DNA of 64,000 nucleotides, taken from contig JANQPB010000038.1 of NCBI GenBank assembly GCA_028285495.1, positions 34,161 through 98,160 on the forward strand. Direction: 5' to 3'. Made by a program: the position numbers and the translations under genes. Within the stretch, counting starts at the first letter, position 1. Every line of letters begins with the position of its first letter. The notes under the pieces were generated by a model, which was not told the DNA's origin, did not search any database, and saw only the letters and a list, made by a program, of their open reading frames with translations. Shown in pieces: positions 58,792-64,000 of the stretch. This stretch comes from Acidimicrobiales bacterium (GTDB lineage Bacteria > Actinomycetota > Acidimicrobiia > Acidimicrobiales > SZUA-35).

Positions 58792-59163
58792 CTAGGCCTC
58801 TTTCTTGCGCCAGAGGAAGCTGCCGCCGAGCACGAAGATCGCGCCGAGGATGTAGTACGCCAGCCAGGTCTCGCCCTGGTCGACGAACGGCAGCTCGCCG
58901 GTGGCGGAGACCAGCAGCCGGACCAGCAACAGCAGCAGGAGCACGGCCAGGACCAGACCGATCAGCGCCATCGCCAGCACGTAGACGGCGTAGCGGGAGG
59001 CCACCAGAGCCGGGCCGGTCGTGCGGTCGCGCACCGTGCCCACGTAGTGGACGACCGTGGCCGAGGCCTTGGCCGGCCAGTCGTCCCCCTCGGTCGCCGC
59101 CGCCACCGGGCCATCGATCGGTTCGCCAGACATCCAAGCGAGCTTATCGTGAGCCTCCGCCAT
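58792..59163 (-). CDS. Hypothetical two-TM membrane protein
   Basis: Two hydrophobic helices (YAVYVLAMALIGLVLAVLLLLLLV, WLAYYILGAIFVLGGSFLW). No family recognised. Confidence 0.5.
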   Translation of the reverse strand: MAEAHDKLAWMSGEPIDGPVAAATEGDDWPAKASATVVHYVGTVRDRTTGPALVASRYAVYVLAMALIGLVLAVLLLLLLVRLLVSATGELPFVDQGETWLAYYILGAIFVLGGSFLWRKKEA

Positions 59164-59371
59164 CGCCCGGTGATCGGGGCCAGCAGGGACGATCGCCGAC
59201 GCGCCCGCCGGCGGCGACGATGCGCCTGCGTCGACCCCACCCCGGCGGACCGATCGGGCCGGATCCGACCGTCTCCGGTCCGCGTTTCGACTGCGGGCCC
59301 GAGCTCGAGCGCCTCATCCGGCCGATCCCCGACCAGACGGCACCGGAGCAGGACCACTACCGTTTCTCTCC

Positions 59372-59770
59372 ATGCCCGTCGATCTGTGCCTCGAGGCCTC
59401 CGGCTCGGTTGCCCACTTCTTCGCCGCCGATGCCGCCCAGGCCAGACTGGCCATGCGGTGGCGGTTGCGCCGACCGTCGGGGCGCCAGCCGGTTGCTGGC
59501 CGACCGGCACCGCTGACGGCCGATGCGCTCAACGCCTTCGATCGACGGGTGGCTGCGGCCATCGACCGACTGCCGTTCCTGCTGGCCCACGTGCTCTGGT
59601 TGGTCGACGTGTGCCGGTGCAGCTACGAGACGGCGGCGGTCGAGCTCGGCGTCACGCCCGAGCGGGTCGAGCGACTGGTGGTCGAGGCTCGGGAGCGGGT
59701 CCGCCACGACGCCGCCGTCGTCGACGTCGTACCGCCCGGCTCGCCGACCGTTCGTCGCCGACGTCTCTGA
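59372..59770 (+). CDS. Sigma-70 region-4-like HTH protein lacking a recognisable region 2 (orphan or ECF-sigma remnant)
   Basis: IDRLPFLLAHVLWLVDVCRCSYETAAVELGVTPERVERLVVEARERVR resembles sigma70_r4_2. I found no region-2 motif in any upstream frame. Confidence 0.4.
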   Translation: MPVDLCLEASGSVAHFFAADAAQARLAMRWRLRRPSGRQPVAGRPAPLTADALNAFDRRVAAAIDRLPFLLAHVLWLVDVCRCSYETAAVELGVTPERVERLVVEARERVRHDAAVVDVVPPGSPTVRRRRL

Positions 59771-59806
59771 CCACCGGGCCGGCATCGCCGCAGCCCGATG
59801 CGCGGG

Positions 59807-60250
59807 TCACCGTTGCTCGTCGAAGTTCCGCAGGATCCACCATCCCGCACCGGCGAGGGTGGCGGCCGCCAACCCGTTGATCATCGACAGCCAGATGCGT
59901 CCGAGGAGCGGGGTGAACGGCAGCGTCAGCGTGTGCAGCGCGCCGAGCAGGCCGAGCACGGTCACGGTGGCGGCGACGCGGCGGACCAGATCCGCGGTTG
60001 CGGTCGACACGCTGCCTCGGGGCGACAACACCACGATCAGCACCGAGCTCAACGTGAGGATGCCGACGGTCGAGCCGATCTGGGCGAAGAGCCGGACGAG
60101 GAGCTCGCGGGTCTCGGTCGGACCGATCAGCTCGTCGACCGCCTGCAACACGCCGGCACCGATGCGGAGTGCCAGCGTGATCAGCAGGGCCATGATCGTG
60201 ACCTCGCGCGCCTCGTCGCGGGAGACCCCCCTCGTCGGCCGACCCTCCAT
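59807..60250 (-). CDS. Hypothetical four-TM membrane protein
   Basis: Hydrophobic profile; alternative start at 60193 (MALLITL). No family recognised. Confidence 0.5.
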   Translation of the reverse strand: MEGRPTRGVSRDEAREVTIMALLITLALRIGAGVLQAVDELIGPTETRELLVRLFAQIGSTVGILTLSSVLIVVLSPRGSVSTATADLVRRVAATVTVLGLLGALHTLTLPFTPLLGRIWLSMINGLAAATLAGAGWWILRNFDEQR

Positions 60251-60263
60251 CGCCGGCCGACCC

Positions 60264-60677
60264 TCAGCTGACCTCGAGCTGGCCGGCGTCGTCGATCCGC
60301 CGGTAGTAGCAGCTCATTCGGGCCTTCCCGTCGGCCCCCTTGGTGTGACATGCGCCGACGCCGTTCGGCCGAACCCGGTACAGCAGCGAGTTCTGCTCGC
60401 AGTTGACGCGGACCTCGACGATGGCCAGCGTGTCGCCGCTGGTGGCCCCCTTGTGCCACAGCTCCTGGCGCGAGGTGCTGTAGAACACCGCTTCGCCCCG
60501 TTCGAGCGTTGCCGCGAGCGCCTCGGCCGTGGCGTAGGCCACGATCATGACCTCGCCGGTGTCGGCGTGCTGGACGGCGACCGGAACCACCTCGTGGCCC
60601 CCGTGGCCGATCTTCTGCAGCTTGGTGAAGTCGAGGTCGAGGGCGGAGCCCTCTTCGAGTTGGGTGTGATCGCTCAT
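60264..60677 (-). CDS. hisI: Phosphoribosyl-AMP cyclohydrolase
   Basis: VPVAVQHADTGEVMIVAYATAEAL, FYSTSRQELWHKGATSGDTL, VNCEQNSLLYRVRP...ACH. Confidence 0.9.
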   Translation of the reverse strand: MSDHTQLEEGSALDLDFTKLQKIGHGGHEVVPVAVQHADTGEVMIVAYATAEALAATLERGEAVFYSTSRQELWHKGATSGDTLAIVEVRVNCEQNSLLYRVRPNGVGACHTKGADGKARMSCYYRRIDDAGQLEVS

Positions 60678-60803
60678 CGCTCGCTCCTGCGTCGGGCCGT
60701 CAGCCGACGGGCCGGACCATCGACCCTATCGACGGAGCGGGGAACCAGGACCGCACCCCCCGTCGTCACAGGGGTACGGTCATCGACTCCCGGAGGAACC
60801 GCC

Positions 60804-62144
60804 ATGCGATGGAGAACCGTGTTGATCCTGGGCCTGGCCCTCGGCGCGGCCACCGCGCTGGCCGCCTGCGGCGACGATCGGGCCGGCCCGAGCGTGGACG
60901 CGGACGCCTCGGCCGACGACACCGCCGACGCCGACGCCGCCAACGACGATGGCCAGCCGCGACCCCCGGTCACGGCGGCCATGCTCGACGGCTCCTCGTG
61001 GACGCTGCGGGCCGGTGGGGGGCCGGAGGGCCCGATCGCATTGGTCGACGGCTGGCCGATCACGCTCACCTTCGACGGTGACACGCTCGGCGGGACCGCC
61101 GCCTGCAACGACTACGGCGGCCGCTACTCGATCGACGAGCGCACGCTTCGCATCGACGAGATCGGCTCGAACGACATGGGCTGCGAGCCCGCCGTTCAGG
61201 CGGCCGAGTCGCAGTACATCGCCGCGCTGCTCGACGTCGACGGCATCGACATCGCCGGTGTCGGCGAGGACGGTGACCTCGGCGGCGCCGAGCTCGCCCT
61301 GTCAGGCCCGGCCACCGAGCTGGTCTTCGCTCCGGTCCCGGCGGTGGCCGCCGGCGACGTGTTCGACCGGCTCTGGCTCCTGGAGGCCATCGTGGCCGAC
61401 GGCCAGGAAACGGCGCCCCTCGGCGAGCCGGCGACCCTGCTGCTGCGGGCCGACGGGACGGCGACGGGCTCGACCGGCTGCCGCGATCTCAGCGGTCGCT
61501 TCACGGTCTTCGGGGGAGAGGTGCTGCTCAACGAGTTCGGGGCCGACGGCGAGTGCCCGGCCTCGCTGGCCGAGCAGGACGGCCACGTCATCGGCGTGCT
61601 CGGCGACGGGTTCGTCCCCACCGTCGAGGGCGACATGCTCATGGTGACGTCGGCCGGCAGCCAGGGGCTCCGCTACCGGGCGACGACCGACGACGAGGTC
61701 GGCGCACTGGCCGCCACCGGGGGTTCGGGGGCCGTCGGCGACGCCGGTGCCGCTCCGACCGATGCCGAGGCGCTCGACGGGGTCGAGTGGGTCTTCGTCG
61801 GTGGCGACTCGCCGGACGGCCCGATCCCGGATCCCCGCACCATCGATCCAGACGCCCGCATCACGCTGACCGTCACCGAGGTCGGGACGGCCTACGGCGG
61901 CGAGGCGGTCTGCAACACCTATCGCGGCGAGGCCGACATCGGCGCGAGCCTGTGGCAGTTCTCCCTCGGGCAGGCTGCGAGCACCCGGGTCGCCTGCGGC
62001 CCCGACCTCGACCCGATCGCCGCCGCCTATCTGCGTGCCCTGCCCCGGATGACCGAGGGTGGGATCCAGGCCGACGGGCGCCAGCTCGTCATGAACGGCG
62101 ACGAGATCGAGCTGTTGTTCGAACGGGCCGACGCCGCCGGGTAG
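60804..62144 (+). CDS. Lipoprotein with three META (HslJ-like) domains
   Basis: ATG at 60804 within ORF 59523..62144. Lipobox LAAC. Three repeats of the G..W.L...G.......ITL.F......G...CN.Y.G type (CNDYGGRY, GCRDLSGRF, CNTYRGEA). Confidence 0.8.
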   Translation: MRWRTVLILGLALGAATALAACGDDRAGPSVDADASADDTADADAANDDGQPRPPVTAAMLDGSSWTLRAGGGPEGPIALVDGWPITLTFDGDTLGGTAACNDYGGRYSIDERTLRIDEIGSNDMGCEPAVQAAESQYIAALLDVDGIDIAGVGEDGDLGGAELALSGPATELVFAPVPAVAAGDVFDRLWLLEAIVADGQETAPLGEPATLLLRADGTATGSTGCRDLSGRFTVFGGEVLLNEFGADGECPASLAEQDGHVIGVLGDGFVPTVEGDMLMVTSAGSQGLRYRATTDDEVGALAATGGSGAVGDAGAAPTDAEALDGVEWVFVGGDSPDGPIPDPRTIDPDARITLTVTEVGTAYGGEAVCNTYRGEADIGASLWQFSLGQAASTRVACGPDLDPIAAAYLRALPRMTEGGIQADGRQLVMNGDEIELLFERADAAG

Positions 62145-62166
62145 CGCTCCCGGCTAGCCTCGTGCG

Positions 62167-62544
62167 ATGCCAGCCCCGACCGACGATCCGGCGGTCGCCG
62201 CCGCTCTCGCCAACGACCTGACGATCGACATCACCACCACCGGCCGCCGCTCGGGCGAGCCGCGGCGGATCGAGATCTGGTTCCTGAACGTCGACGGCCG
62301 CATCTTCATCACCGGCACGCCCGGTCGGCGCGACTGGCTGGCCAACCTGCTCGCCGAGCCACGGTTCACGTTCCATCTGAAGGAGTCGGTGACCGCCGAT
62401 CTGGAGGCGCAGGCCCGCCCGGTCGACGACGAGCCGACCCGCCGACGCGTCCTCGAACACGCCGTGGCCACCTGGTACCGGTCCCAGACGTCGGTCGACC
62501 AACTGGTCGACTCGGCTCCCATGGTCGAGGTCGCCTTCGTCTGA
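62167..62544 (+). CDS. Deazaflavin (F420)-dependent nitroreductase-family / PNPOx-like small oxidoreductase
   Basis: ITTTGRRSGEPRRIEIWF...DGRIFITGTPGRRDWLANLLAEP is typical of the DUF385/DDN-like family. Confidence 0.7.
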   Translation: MPAPTDDPAVAAALANDLTIDITTTGRRSGEPRRIEIWFLNVDGRIFITGTPGRRDWLANLLAEPRFTFHLKESVTADLEAQARPVDDEPTRRRVLEHAVATWYRSQTSVDQLVDSAPMVEVAFV

Positions 62545-62692
62545 GGGGTGCTGACCCATCCGAGCGCCGTCGGATGGTTCCCGGGGAGGGGGGAATCCTT
62601 TTGCCTCCGCTTTCGGTTCCGGAACGTAGAAGTAGTCGTAGAAGCGCACACGACCCTTTCCGGTGACGAAAGCCAGCACGAGACCCGAGACG

Positions 62693-64000
62693 ATGACCTC
62701 CCCGACCGTTCCCTCCGATTCGCCCATCGACGCCGACCGCACCCGCCGGTTCGCCGCCCCGACCGGCGCCCCGTCCGGCTCGGCCCCGGCGACCGCCGCC
62801 GGTCCGGGTGCGGACGTCGGCCCGGAGAGCGTCGTCTCCCGCCATCTCGCCGCCCCCCGCACCGCTTCACCAGCTGGGCCCCCGGTCGATGACCGGCCCG
62901 CCCAGCCGTCGCGGCTCGAGCCACGCCCCGTGAGCCCAGCACCTCGGGCTCACACGTTCGAGCCGCCAAGCGCCCCGCCGGCGGGACTCTCGCCCACCCC
63001 GCCGGCGGGGCCACGTCCGTCCATGCCGACCGCCGACGCCGCCTCGCCGACGTCGTCTCCGGCCACCGCATCCCCGTCGGCCCCGTCGGCCCCGCCCCGT
63101 TCGCCGGTGACCATCCCGCCGTCATCGACAACCGCCGGCGCCCGACCGGGCGACACGTCGCGTGCCCCACTGGCCTCCCCGCCCGTCGGTCGGCCGTCGA
63201 CCTCGGTCCCGTCGTCGCCCCTCGGCACCACGCCGCCGGCCGGTCCGTCGGCGGGCCAGGGGGCTGCGGTCGGACCGAGCACCCTGACTCGGGGCCAGCC
63301 TCCGACGATCCCGCCCGCCGGTACCGCCGCCTCGCCCGCTCCCCGCCGCCGTCGGGGGGCCACGGCGGCCGCCGTCGTCGGCGCCTTCGTGCTCGGTGGG
63401 GCGGTCGGGATCGGCGGCTACGCCGTCGGTCAGCAGGCCGGGAGCGACGACACCACCCCGGCCCCGGCCGTCGTCACCACTGCGGCCCCGGTCACCGAGG
63501 CCCCGGTCGAGCGCTCGTCCGGCACCACCGCCGAGGCGCCGCCGATCGTCGCCGGCGAGGAGCCGGCCGCTGCCGTCGCCAGGGCCGTCGGCCCCTCGGT
63601 CGTGCAGGTCGAGACCAATCGCGGTCAGGGCTCCGGCGTGGTCTACGCCGACGGCCTCATCCTGACCAACCATCACGTGATCGAGGACGCTGCGCAGATC
63701 CAGATCCGCTCGGACGACGGCCGGGTGTTCAGCGTCGAGCTGCTCGGCTCCGACCCCCGCAACGACATCGCCGTCCTGTCGGCCCCCGGCGCCGACCTCC
63801 CGGTCGCCGCCATCGGCTCGAGTGCCGATCTCGAGGTCGGCCAGCTGACCGTCGCCATCGGCAGCCCCTTCCAGCTCCAGCAGACGGTGACCTCCGGCAT
63901 CGTGTCGTCGCTCAACCGGCCGGTCCCGAACGCCACCGGCAGCGTGACCGCCATGGTCCAGACCGACGCCCCGATCAACCCGGGCAACTCGGGTGGGGCG
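62693..64000 (+). CDS. HtrA/PepD-like trypsin-family serine protease (3' end outside window; missing from the ORF track)
   Basis: Frame 2 is open from 62642 to the window end; ATG at 62693 (alternative GTG at 62663). Pro-rich N-terminus, TM helix (AAAVVGAFVLGGAVGIGGYAV), catalytic His (ILTNHHVI), Asp (RNDIAVL) and Ser (NPGNSGG). Confidence 0.85.
   Translation, partial: MTSPTVPSDSPIDADRTRRFAAPTGAPSGSAPATAAGPGADVGPESVVSRHLAAPRTASPAGPPVDDRPAQPSRLEPRPVSPAPRAHTFEPPSAPPAGLSPTPPAGPRPSMPTADAASPTSSPATASPSAPSAPPRSPVTIPPSSTTAGARPGDTSRAPLASPPVGRPSTSVPSSPLGTTPPAGPSAGQGAAVGPSTLTRGQPPTIPPAGTAASPAPRRRRGATAAAVVGAFVLGGAVGIGGYAVGQQAGSDDTTPAPAVVTTAAPVTEAPVERSSGTTAEAPPIVAGEEPAAAVARAVGPSVVQVETNRGQGSGVVYADGLILTNHHVIEDAAQIQIRSDDGRVFSVELLGSDPRNDIAVLSAPGADLPVAAIGSSADLEVGQLTVAIGSPFQLQQTVTSGIVSSLNRPVPNATGSVTAMVQTDAPINPGNSGGA

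Noticed and set aside
62089-62862. Minus-strand ORF whose N-terminus (MGESEGTVGEVIVSGLVLAFVTGKGRVRFYDYFYVPEPK) looked protein-like in the AT-richer patch at 62.55-62.70 kb.
   Set aside because: The frame would have to run antisense through the whole F420-type oxidoreductase gene. The patch is better explained as the intergenic or promoter region (three in-frame stops) preceding the HtrA-like gene on the plus strand.

Overview
Very G+C-rich, actinobacterial-type chromosome segment covering the replication-origin neighbourhood. I cannot name the species from sequence alone.

(1) 0.7-12.7 kb: one tightly packed plus-strand operon. It holds a membrane-anchored di-haem cytochrome c, narGHJI, an Rrf2 (NsrR-like) regulator, two NarK transporters and a di-iron RIC/ScdA repair protein. 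A 35-bp perfect palindrome lies just upstream.

(2) 12.7-34.0 kb: a ~21-kb accessory segment bracketed by 78-bp imperfect direct repeats and abutting the 3' side of tRNA-Ile(GAT).
- It carries three MalT/LAL-type (STAND ATPase-TPR-LuxR HTH) regulators and an internally deleted serine-recombinase relic.
- It also carries TetR and AraC regulators, an ABC-2 exporter, two DUF4386-type membrane proteins, hydrolases and oxidoreductases.
- Five copies of a 16-bp palindrome TCTCACC-NN-GGTGAGA each sit in the same promoter-like architecture. I consider this LAL/palindrome regulon the most interesting uncharacterised system in the window.

(3) 34-53.8 kb: the classical origin core. On the minus strand: tRNA-Ile, DUF3566, a TadE-like gene, gyrA, gyrB, DUF721/DciA-like, recF, dnaN, a DnaA-box cluster (oriC) and dnaA. 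On the plus strand: rpmH-rnpA-yidD-yidC-jag-rsmG-parA-parB with a parS site.

(4) 53.7-57.1 kb: a gene-poor stretch holding a second, plasmid-type (Ib-like) partition cassette, ParA-like ATPase plus an RHH protein. It is surrounded by a 32-bp perfect palindrome, three related half-sites and a 5 x 19-bp iteron array.

(5) 57.1-64 kb: trxA, trxB, small membrane proteins, an orphan sigma region-4 protein, hisI, a triple-META lipoprotein, an F420/deazaflavin-type oxidoreductase and an HtrA-like protease that runs off the window and is absent from the ORF track.

Many long antisense or arginine-rich ORFs in the track are high-GC artefacts and were not called. All family assignments come from motif recognition by eye; no database search was run.
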